A stretch of 32,000 nt of DNA from Idiomarina loihiensis L2TR (lineage in GTDB: Bacteria; Pseudomonadota; Gammaproteobacteria; Enterobacterales; Alteromonadaceae). Every line of letters starts with the position of its first letter. Within the stretch, counting starts at the first letter, position 1. Shown here in pieces: positions 9,539 to 16,804 of this stretch. The notes beneath the pieces are model-generated. The model searched no databases, had not been told where the DNA came from, and worked only from the letters and a program-made list of their open reading frames with translations. Where the stretch lies: the NCBI RefSeq assembly GCF_000008465.1, contig NC_006512.1, forward strand, positions 150,001 through 182,000, given 5' to 3'. Made by a program: the position numbers and the translations under genes.

Positions 9539-10756
9539 TTAGGCTAGCATTAAACGAGCTTTGTTGATGCCTTCGAACAGCTTATCAACCTCGTCTAGCG
9601 TATTATAAATGGTAAATGACGCGCGCGCAGTACCTGGTACCTTCAGGCGTTTCATAAGCGGTTGAGCGCAGTGGTCACCAGTACGAATGGCTATGCCTTG
9701 CTTGTCCAGCAAAAAGCCAATATCAGCAGGGTGTGCGCCCTCTAAAATAAAGCTTAGCACGCCAATTTTATTGTCGGCGTGACCAACAATGGTTAAGCCA
9801 TCGGTTTGCTCTGCTAGTTGTGTTGCGCGTGCCAGTAAAGCGGTTTCGTGAGCTAAAATATCGGCCTTATTAAATTGCTGTAACCAGTTTATCGCTGCCG
9901 CCAGACCAATGGCTCCCGCGATATTTGGTGTACCAGCTTCCAGTCGGTTGGGTAATTCACCCCAGGTGGCGTCCTGGTAACTGACTGTGGCTATCATTTC
10001 GCCGCCGACTAACCATATAGGCCAGTCTTTTAAAACCTCGTAACAACCCCATAGCACGCCAATGCCGGTTGGCCCGAATAGCTTATGACCGGAAAACGCA
10101 TAAAAATCACAGCCAATGTCCTGCACATCGATAGCGCCATGTGCAACACCCTGAGCACCGTCTATCATGACCAGTGCGTCTTTGGCTTTAGCGGCAGCGG
10201 TGAGTTCTTTAATTGGGTTAATGGTACCCAGCGCATTGGAAATGTGCGGCATTGAAACGAAAGCCGTGTTCTCACTCAACAGAGCGTGAAACTGCTCGGT
10301 ATTCAGTGAACCGTCTTCGTTAATGGGTACGACTTTCAATGTGGCGCCAGAACGCTTACACGCCTGTTGCCAGGTTACTAGGTTCGCATGGTGCTCCATT
10401 TCGGTCACCAGCACTTCTTCACCGGGTTTTAAGCGCTGAGCAACACCATTAGCGACCAGGTTAATACCCTCGGTTGTGCCGCTGGTCCAGATAACCTCTT
10501 CTTGACGATTAGCATGTATGTAATCAGCGACGGTTTTACGTGCCGCTTCGTAGCGACGGGTGGCTTCATCAGAAAGATAATGAGCTCCGCGATGAACATT
10601 AGCGTTGCACTGAGTATAGTAATCCGTCAGCGCATCGATGACCGCTTGTGGCTTTTGCGTGGTGGCAGCGTTATCCAGATAAACCAGTGGTTTACCGTTT
10701 ACCTGCCGTTGCAGTATCGGAAACTGCTCACGAATTTGTGCAACGTTCAGGCTCAT
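9539..10756 (-). CDS. sufS: cysteine desulfurase SufS (group II, PLP-dependent)
   Basis: FPIL...VYLDNAATTQKP N-terminus. PLP-Lys motif FSGHKLFGPTG. Catalytic Cys RTGDHCAQP. Confidence 0.93.
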   Translation of the reverse strand: MSLNVAQIREQFPILQRQVNGKPLVYLDNAATTQKPQAVIDALTDYYTQCNANVHRGAHYLSDEATRRYEAARKTVADYIHANRQEEVIWTSGTTEGINLVANGVAQRLKPGEEVLVTEMEHHANLVTWQQACKRSGATLKVVPINEDGSLNTEQFHALLSENTAFVSMPHISNALGTINPIKELTAAAKAKDALVMIDGAQGVAHGAIDVQDIGCDFYAFSGHKLFGPTGIGVLWGCYEVLKDWPIWLVGGEMIATVSYQDATWGELPNRLEAGTPNIAGAIGLAAAINWLQQFNKADILAHETALLARATQLAEQTDGLTIVGHADNKIGVLSFILEGAHPADIGFLLDKQGIAIRTGDHCAQPLMKRLKVPGTARASFTIYNTLDEVDKLFEGINKARLMLA

Positions 10757-12003
10757 TGCTTCTCCATCATACTTTCAAAGCGGGTTTTCAAAATCGGCTG
10801 CAACCAGTCGGCCAGGGCTTTATTTGGCATCTGGAAAACCATTTCCTGTACGAAACCAAAGTTGAGCATAACCAGCGCTTGTTGCCTGTCGATGCCACGC
10901 GTCAGCATGTAATACAATGCTTCTTCGTCAATTTCAGCAACCGTTGCACCGTGCGCACACTGTACATCGTCTGCGTAAATTTCCAGCTCGGGCTTAGTAT
11001 TAATTTGCGCACCACGAGTCAGCAGCAGGTTACGATTATTCAGTTCGGCCAGGGTTTTTTGCGCATGGCGGTGAATATGAATGCGGCCATTAAATACTGC
11101 TTTTGCCCTGTCACCGATAATGCCGCGGGCGTTCTCTTCGGTCGTGCCGTTAGGTGAGGCATGTTCGATGGTGCTGTGCAGATCGAAGTGCTGGCGTGGA
11201 GCCAGTAAATACACGTTATTAAACTTGGCGAACGCATGCTCACCAGCGTGTTCAATGTCTACGTCCAGACGCGTTAACTGACTGCCGTAGCCAATTAGGG
11301 TGCTGTTCAGTCTGGCGTGATCGTGCAGTTTAAAGTGACTGCCGCCAATATGAATCGCTTCGCCTTCGTGCAGGGCAAAACGGTAATGCTCTAAACGCGC
11401 TTTTTCGGCTATGTCATATTCAGCAAAGACCGTATTCAGGCTGTTACCTGAGCCGCTGCCGTGCTCAATAATGGTTGCCTGCGCATTTTCACCAACACGT
11501 ACCAGCGTGCGCTGATGAGACTCGATACCGGCAGACGCAAAGTTAACAATGCGAATGGGTTGTTCAACTTTAGCGCCAGCCGCAATGTCGATAACGACAC
11601 CTTGCTGCGCCAATACGTCGTTTACCAGGCCAAACAAATGACGGCTGGGTTTTACTTGCGCAAAAATAGCTTCAGCGGGTTCGCTGGGCGCTGACAGCTC
11701 ACTAATAGTGATGCCTTCAGGTAACTTAAGCTTGCTGATGTCGGTACTAAGCTGGCCGTCCACAAACACCAAATCCAGACTGTTTAAGCCTTCAATGACT
11801 GGTGCTTCGGCGGTCGCGTTACCGGTGCTGGATTTCAGCTCTAAATCAGCAACCGGATGCAACGAGGTATAACGCCATGCTTCGGTGCGGCGTGTCGGCC
11901 ATTGCTGTTGCTTTAACGTGTCCAAGGCTTGGGCCCGGACCGGAGATAGCCAATCGTCAACGGTCGAGGCACGCTCTAAAACGTGGTTTAACCATTGACT
12001 CAT
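10753..12003 (-). CDS. sufD: Fe-S cluster assembly protein SufD
   Basis: Position between sufC and sufS with 4-nt overlaps on both sides. C-terminal NTKPELEIYADDVQCAHGATV motif is typical of SufB/D beta-helix proteins. Confidence 0.9.
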   Translation of the reverse strand: MSQWLNHVLERASTVDDWLSPVRAQALDTLKQQQWPTRRTEAWRYTSLHPVADLELKSSTGNATAEAPVIEGLNSLDLVFVDGQLSTDISKLKLPEGITISELSAPSEPAEAIFAQVKPSRHLFGLVNDVLAQQGVVIDIAAGAKVEQPIRIVNFASAGIESHQRTLVRVGENAQATIIEHGSGSGNSLNTVFAEYDIAEKARLEHYRFALHEGEAIHIGGSHFKLHDHARLNSTLIGYGSQLTRLDVDIEHAGEHAFAKFNNVYLLAPRQHFDLHSTIEHASPNGTTEENARGIIGDRAKAVFNGRIHIHRHAQKTLAELNNRNLLLTRGAQINTKPELEIYADDVQCAHGATVAEIDEEALYYMLTRGIDRQQALVMLNFGFVQEMVFQMPNKALADWLQPILKTRFESMMEKQ

Positions 12004-12758
12004 GCATCTGCTCCTTCTGCTTCAGCTAACCAGGCATAACCTGAGGCTTCGACTTCTTTCGCCAGTTCAGGACCGCCACTTTTCACAATTTTGCCTTTGG
12101 ACAGAATGTGCACATAGTCAGGCTCAATGTAATCGAGCAAACGTTGGTAGTGCGTAACCACGATAAAACTGCGTTTGCCGTCGCGCTGGCTGTTCACACC
12201 CTTAGCTACAACTTGTAGAGCATCGACGTCAAGCCCGGAATCAGACTCATCCAGAATTGCAATTTTTGGCTCAAGCATAATCATCTGCATAATTTCGTTA
12301 CGCTTTTTCTCACCACCTGAAAAGCCTTCATTGACGCCGCGCTTTAAGAAGTCGAGCGGTAACTCAACTTGCTTGCAGGCTTCTTTGGCTTTTTTCAGAA
12401 ACTCAGCTGAGCTCAAAGCGCTTTCGCCGTGAGCTTCACGCATGGCATTCACGGATTCTTTCATGAATTCCATGTTGCTTACGCCTGGAATTTCAACAGG
12501 GTATTGGAAAGCCAGAAATATACCGGCCTGGGCGCGCTCTTCTACTTCCATGTCCAGTAAGTCTTTACCGTCCATTTCAACGCTGCCGCTTTCAACTTCG
12601 TAGCCATCGCGGCCAGATAAAACGTAACCTAAAGTACTTTTTCCGGCACCGTTAGGACCCATAATGGCGTGTACTTCGCCGGGTTTTATTTCCAGATTCA
12701 GGCCTTTTAAAATTGTTGTTTCTTCCACACGTGCGTGCAGGTCTTTAATCGATAGCAT
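12000..12758 (-). CDS. sufC: Fe-S cluster assembly ATPase SufC
   Basis: Walker A GPNGAGKST, ABC signature FSGGEKKR, Walker B IAILDESDSGLD. Confidence 0.95.
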   Translation of the reverse strand: MLSIKDLHARVEETTILKGLNLEIKPGEVHAIMGPNGAGKSTLGYVLSGRDGYEVESGSVEMDGKDLLDMEVEERAQAGIFLAFQYPVEIPGVSNMEFMKESVNAMREAHGESALSSAEFLKKAKEACKQVELPLDFLKRGVNEGFSGGEKKRNEIMQMIMLEPKIAILDESDSGLDVDALQVVAKGVNSQRDGKRSFIVVTHYQRLLDYIEPDYVHILSKGKIVKSGGPELAKEVEASGYAWLAEAEGADA

Positions 12759-12761
12759 GTT

Positions 12762-14198
12762 TTACCCCACTGAACCTTCAAGACTGATTTCAAGCAACTT
12801 ACCGGCTTCCACCGCAAACTCCATTGGTAGTTCGCGGAATACCTCTTTACAGAAGCCATTTACAATCATTGAGACTGCTTTTTCAGGGTCCAGGCCTCGT
12901 TGCCGACATAAGAATAATTGATCGTCACTCACCTTAGAGGTGGTGGCTTCGTGTTCAACAATCGCAGTTGGATTGCTGCTTTCAATATATGGGAATGTGT
13001 GTGCGCCGCACTGGTCGCCAATAAGCAGCGAATCACATTCGGTAAAGTTACGCGCGCCCTCGGCACCCGGGCCCATACGAACCAGACCTCGGTAAGCGTT
13101 ATTACTGCGGCCGGCGGAAATACCTTTGGAAATGATGGTGGACTTAGTGTTCTTACCTAAGTGGATCATTTTGGTGCCGGTATCGGCTTGTTGTCTGCCG
13201 CGGGTTAACGCAACTGAGTAGAATTCCCCAACGCTGTTATCGCCTTTAAGAATACAGCTTGGATACTTCCAGGTAACGGCAGAGCCTGTCTCTACCTGAG
13301 TCCAGGAGATCTTCGCGTTTTTCTCGCACAGGCCGCGTTTAGTGACAAAGTTATAGATACCGCCTTTGCCGTTTTCATCACCCGGATACCAGTTTTGCAC
13401 CGTAGAGTATTTGATCTCCGCGTCATCCAGTGCAACCAGCTCAACTACGGCCGCGTGTAATTGGTTTTCGTCACGCTGTGGTGCGGTACAACCTTCCAGA
13501 TAACTAACGTGACTGCCTTCTTCGGCGACAATTAAGGTACGCTCAAACTGACCGGTATTCTGTTCGTTTATGCGGAAGTAAGTTGATAGTTCCATAGGGC
13601 AGCGAACGCCTTTTGGAATATAAACAAACGAGCCATCGGTGAATACGGCGCTGTTCAGTGCGGCAAAGAAGTTATCGCCACGTGGAACTACGGTACCTAA
13701 GTATTTTTTAACCAGATCCGGGTACTTATGAAGGGCTTCGGAGATAGGGCAGAAGATAACTCCTGCTTCTTCCAGCTTCTCGCGGAATGTTGTGACCACG
13801 GATACTGAGTCGAAGACTGCATCAACAGCTACACCCGCGAGCATTTCCTGCTCATGCAGAGGAATACCCAGCTTTTCGTATGTGCGTAGCAGTTCCGGAT
13901 CAACCTCGTCTAACGACTTAGGCTTGTCTTTCATACTCTTAGGTGCGGAGTAGTATGAAATTGACTGGTAATCTACCTTAGGATAATCGACGTGTGCCCA
14001 GTCAGGCTCTTCCATTTTTAACCAGGTGCGATAAGCCTTCAGACGCCACTCCAGCATCCATTCAGGCTCACCCTTAATGGCAGACAGACGGGCAATGACG
14101 TCTTCGTCCAAACCAATTGGGAAAGTTTCTGACTCTATTTCTGAAATGAAGCCTGCGTCGTATTTACGCGCAAGCGCCTGATCAATCTGTTCACTCAT
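12762..14198 (-). CDS. sufB: Fe-S cluster assembly scaffold SufB
   Basis: 478 aa. Conserved blocks [21 protein letters not shown] and [19 protein letters not shown]...HTFPYI. First gene of the operon. Confidence 0.95.
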   Translation of the reverse strand: MSEQIDQALARKYDAGFISEIESETFPIGLDEDVIARLSAIKGEPEWMLEWRLKAYRTWLKMEEPDWAHVDYPKVDYQSISYYSAPKSMKDKPKSLDEVDPELLRTYEKLGIPLHEQEMLAGVAVDAVFDSVSVVTTFREKLEEAGVIFCPISEALHKYPDLVKKYLGTVVPRGDNFFAALNSAVFTDGSFVYIPKGVRCPMELSTYFRINEQNTGQFERTLIVAEEGSHVSYLEGCTAPQRDENQLHAAVVELVALDDAEIKYSTVQNWYPGDENGKGGIYNFVTKRGLCEKNAKISWTQVETGSAVTWKYPSCILKGDNSVGEFYSVALTRGRQQADTGTKMIHLGKNTKSTIISKGISAGRSNNAYRGLVRMGPGAEGARNFTECDSLLIGDQCGAHTFPYIESSNPTAIVEHEATTSKVSDDQLFLCRQRGLDPEKAVSMIVNGFCKEVFRELPMEFAVEAGKLLEISLEGSVG

Positions 14199-14298
14199 GA
14201 TTTACCCACTCTAAAAGCTGCGGATGGGAGTTTCGCCCGTTACTGGCCGACAGTATAAAATACCTGACTAAAACACTCAACTTTATCTGCTGACCAAC

Positions 14299-14327
14299 AT
14301 TATACGGGATCACAGCCTTTTTGTCGC
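14299..14327 (-). promoter_or_regulatory. candidate sigma70 promoter for the suf operon
   Basis: On the minus strand: perfect -10 TATAAT (14299-14304), a 17-bp spacer, and -35 GCGACA (14322-14327). This implies a leader of roughly 95 nt before the sufB ATG. Confidence 0.4.
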
Positions 14328-14393
14328 TTATTTCGCCGGGTAAGGTAAGCCTGTTGCTCTTTATTTTAAATGCCATAAGGTAAATTAGAATGG

Positions 14394-14412
14394 TTGTTAC
14401 ATTTTGTTACAT
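14394..14412. repeat. direct repeat TTGTTACAT x2 with 10-bp phasing
   Basis: TTGTTACAT at 14394-14402 and 14404-14412, in the sufB/csgD divergent intergenic region. Confidence 0.8.
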
Positions 14413-14490
14413 GTTCTAAGGTGCTATGTCTTTTAGTACAAAATTTAATCATATATTGTAAAGAGCTACATCAATCGTTGTAAAAATGTA

Positions 14491-14512
14491 ATATAAGAAG
14501 AATATAAGAAGA
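14491..14512. repeat. perfect tandem duplication of the 11-mer ATATAAGAAGA
   Basis: ATATAAGAAGA at 14491-14501 and 14502-14512. The repeat ends 45 nt upstream of the csgD-like ATG. Confidence 0.85.
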
Positions 14513-14557
14513 AAAGTACAGTAATAAAATAAGCTTTTAGGTTTAGGGAGGGCTGTT

Positions 14558-15202
14558 ATGGGACGTTATACGCGGTTAGCTTTAATCGAACACCAAAAAC
14601 GTACGCAGAACTTAGGGTTGCTTGCAGAATCCTTAGAAATATCAGTCGTCCATCGTGCATTTTCTGAACTGGTTGATCATTCACCAGAGCCCGAGACCAT
14701 GGTGGCTTATTCTCTTGGATCGGAGCAGTTATCTCGTTCCCACATTACCAGTGAAATTGCTGCATTAACTAAAACCTACCCTTTATTTCTAGTTAATGCG
14801 AGAAAAGATGATGTTCGTCCTATTCAAGCCCTGAACCTTGGTGCTCGCGGTATTATTTACGAAAACGACCATTTAGACCGAGTACTGACCGCGATAAAAG
14901 TTATTAGCCAGGGAGAACTCTATTATCCGCGCTCATTGCTTTCAGATAAAATTGAAGAAATGATGCTGCGGCGGCAAGCGGATGACTCTTTTACTACCGT
15001 GTCTCAAATTAACTCCCTTACACCACAAGAGTTAAAAGTTATAGAGCTGGTTGCTACTGGTGCCCGCAATAAGGAAATTGCTGAGCACTTAAATATCAGT
15101 GCTCATACTGTGAAAACACACTTATCCTCTATTTTTCGAAAGACTGGCGCGCGTAACCGGGTAGAGTTACTAAAGTGGTCCAGTTACGCGACATCAGTTT
15201 AA
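14558..15202 (+). CDS. csgD: LuxR/FixJ-family regulator with receiver-like N-domain, CsgD-like curli/biofilm regulator
   Basis: GGAGG SD 7 nt upstream of the ATG. C-terminal LuxR HTH LTPQELKVIELVATGARNKEIAEHLNISAHTVKTHLSSIFRK. N-domain blocks LFLVNA...GARGIIY...GELYYP parallel E. coli CsgD. Adjacent to csgGFE. Confidence 0.8.
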   Translation: MGRYTRLALIEHQKRTQNLGLLAESLEISVVHRAFSELVDHSPEPETMVAYSLGSEQLSRSHITSEIAALTKTYPLFLVNARKDDVRPIQALNLGARGIIYENDHLDRVLTAIKVISQGELYYPRSLLSDKIEEMMLRRQADDSFTTVSQINSLTPQELKVIELVATGARNKEIAEHLNISAHTVKTHLSSIFRKTGARNRVELLKWSSYATSV

Positions 15203-15208
15203 CGCTGG

Positions 15209-15964
15209 TTAACTCTCTGCACGCCAATAACCCATTTCCAGGCCTTTTTCTATTAACTCCACCAGCGCTCTTTCCATCGCTTGCTTTACCGACAATTGAA
15301 CCGGTTCGTTGGTTGAATAACCGCCCTCGAATTCAGCCAGCCGGTTGAGAGATACGTAGCGAAACAGGCCTGCCCGTAGTTCTTGAGAGAACACTTTCTT
15401 ATTTGCTGATACCGACACCAGCACCTGCCCACTATAAACGTCTACCGCTCGTAGGTAGACGGATACCTGATCTTCCCGGTAGAGTTCAGATGCACCAATA
15501 CCAAAATACTCTGCGCCGATACCTCCGGTACTAACATTGGTGTCGTAGCTTATAATTCCGCCCTCCAGCAACAGTCTGGCCTCACTCAATGGAGGAAGTT
15601 CTTTATTGTCGCCTGAGTTATAAATTTTTCGCTCAGTTAACAGATTTTGCAGGTTTTCACGCTCCATAGGTAAGAACCAACCTGATTCCAGTAACATTTG
15701 AGTGAGCATAGAGGTTGCACCCTGAGTTACTGCGGTAGAAAAGCTGGAAACATTAGCTTGCGGTTTATACTGCCCGGTTTGATCTCTAAAGGCATAAACC
15801 GATACCGGAATACGGGTTTGGGGTAATTGTCTTTGTTTCAAAGCCGTCATTGTAGAGCTGGGCGCGTCAATTTCAGCGGGCTGTATATTGATGTCCGTCG
15901 GTTTGGGCATTAACGCGCAGCCGCTCATAACAAGTGAAGCTAGAATGAGGAAAACTTTACGCAT
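15209..15964 (-). CDS. csgG: curli production assembly/transport lipoprotein CsgG (outer-membrane channel)
   Basis: Lipobox VMSGC. Conserved VSVYAFRDQTGQYKP and TQGATSMLTQ-L-SGWF blocks. I prefer ATG at 15964 (GAGGAG SD 7 nt upstream) over the track GTG at 15979. Confidence 0.9.
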   Translation of the reverse strand: MRKVFLILASLVMSGCALMPKPTDINIQPAEIDAPSSTMTALKQRQLPQTRIPVSVYAFRDQTGQYKPQANVSSFSTAVTQGATSMLTQMLLESGWFLPMERENLQNLLTERKIYNSGDNKELPPLSEARLLLEGGIISYDTNVSTGGIGAEYFGIGASELYREDQVSVYLRAVDVYSGQVLVSVSANKKVFSQELRAGLFRYVSLNRLAEFEGGYSTNEPVQLSVKQAMERALVELIEKGLEMGYWRAES

Positions 15965-15979
15965 GATTATTCTCCTCAC

Positions 15980-16363
15980 TTATATTGAAGGCATGGTGAT
16001 AACTGTCTGTTCACCACTGCCGTTATGAGTGATGTAGACAATAACGCTACCGTCTGGCTGACCAACAACTTCAACCGTGTACTCACCTGTGTCGTACAGG
16101 CCTTCAACAATTTCGCCATCTGCAATGCGGCGGGTAAGTGAATTGATGATATTACGCTCTAACGCTTCGCGGAAACGGTCAACAAAAGAGCGGTCGGAAT
16201 CAGGTGCTGAATGAGCATTCTGAGTTTGTGCTTTTTGTAATAAAAAGTTCCCATTCAATGGGTTTCCACCAAAGCTCGGGTTAATAGGTTGATAGACAAT
16301 TTCTGTTGCTGCGGCATTCACTGCCGTAAACAAAAAACCAATGAAGAGCCAACGTAATTTCAT
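15980..16363 (-). CDS. csgF: curli assembly protein CsgF
   Basis: Signal peptide followed by the conserved IVYQPINPSFGGNPLNG motif, which is the CsgG-pore-inserting N-terminus. Typical size (127 aa) and position. Confidence 0.88.
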   Translation of the reverse strand: MKLRWLFIGFLFTAVNAAATEIVYQPINPSFGGNPLNGNFLLQKAQTQNAHSAPDSDRSFVDRFREALERNIINSLTRRIADGEIVEGLYDTGEYTVEVVGQPDGSVIVYITHNGSGEQTVITMPSI

Positions 16364-16374
16364 AATCTGCGCCT

Positions 16375-16752
16375 TTAAAAATTATTATCTTGTGGCGTAT
16401 CAAATACAGAGTCCGCTTTTACTCGCGCGACTTCGTTAATACTGATCAAAATGGCTTTCTCGGCCATTTTTTTGACATCGTTTTGCCGTCTTCCAAAGTA
16501 GGTCTGGAATATCTTGGTTTGCTCCATCTCAACCCACAAATAGGTGCCAGCCTGAGGATAGACCTGCTCGTGAATAACAACGGTAATACCATTGGTTGAA
16601 GGGATGTCACGCCAATAGCTGGTGTAGTAAAAGAAGAAGTCTTTACCGAAACGTGAAATGGTTCGGTCCAGCACCATGCCGCCAAGCTCTATTTCGTCAG
16701 CCTGACTAACCGGAGTAAACAACAGAACGAGTAGAATGAGTTTCTTTAGCAT
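16375..16752 (-). CDS. csgE: curli assembly/specificity protein CsgE
   Basis: Signal peptide, then ELGGMVLDRTISRFGKDFFFYY, which is typical of CsgE. 125 aa. Directly precedes csgF. Confidence 0.85.
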   Translation of the reverse strand: MLKKLILLVLLFTPVSQADEIELGGMVLDRTISRFGKDFFFYYTSYWRDIPSTNGITVVIHEQVYPQAGTYLWVEMEQTKIFQTYFGRRQNDVKKMAEKAILISINEVARVKADSVFDTPQDNNF

Positions 16753-16764
16753 AAAGACTAAGAA

Positions 16765-16793
16765 AGCGGCTGCACCTAAATGACGCAGCCGCT
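16765..16793 (-). terminator. intrinsic terminator/attenuator hairpin between csgA and csgE
   Basis: 9-bp GC-rich stem AGCGGCTGC / GCAGCCGCT with an 11-nt loop. On the minus strand it begins 12 nt after the csgA stop. It is followed by TTTCTTAGTCTTT, which runs directly into the csgE ATG. Confidence 0.65.
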
Positions 16794-16804
16794 AACCTTA
16801 CTTC

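Noticed and set aside
10502-11157. 136- and 169-aa plus-strand ORFs antisense to sufS/sufD
   Set aside because: They are antisense to genes with unambiguous conserved motifs. The translations are Cys/Arg/Phe-rich nonsense typical of shadow ORFs.
14191-14376. 61-aa minus-strand ORF spanning the suf leader and overlapping the sufB start
   Set aside because: It has no SD and no motifs, and it lies in the predicted 5' UTR/promoter of sufB. It is most likely non-coding.
14430-14520. Possible MlrA-type palindrome (AAAATTGTACA-N12-TGTACAATTTT) upstream of csgD, and Fur/IscR boxes upstream of sufB
   Set aside because: I found only scattered TGTA(C/A)A half-site-like elements (about 8 of 11 matches at best), with no correctly spaced partner. 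I found no convincing GATAAT-type Fur repeat and no CC..A.......TA.GG IscR type-2 pattern. A PWM scan is needed.
15965-15979. GTG start for csgG at 15979 (MRRII extension)
   Set aside because: The GAGGAG within this extension is ideally spaced as an SD for the ATG at 15964. The lipoprotein signal is normal from that ATG. This is not fully excluded.
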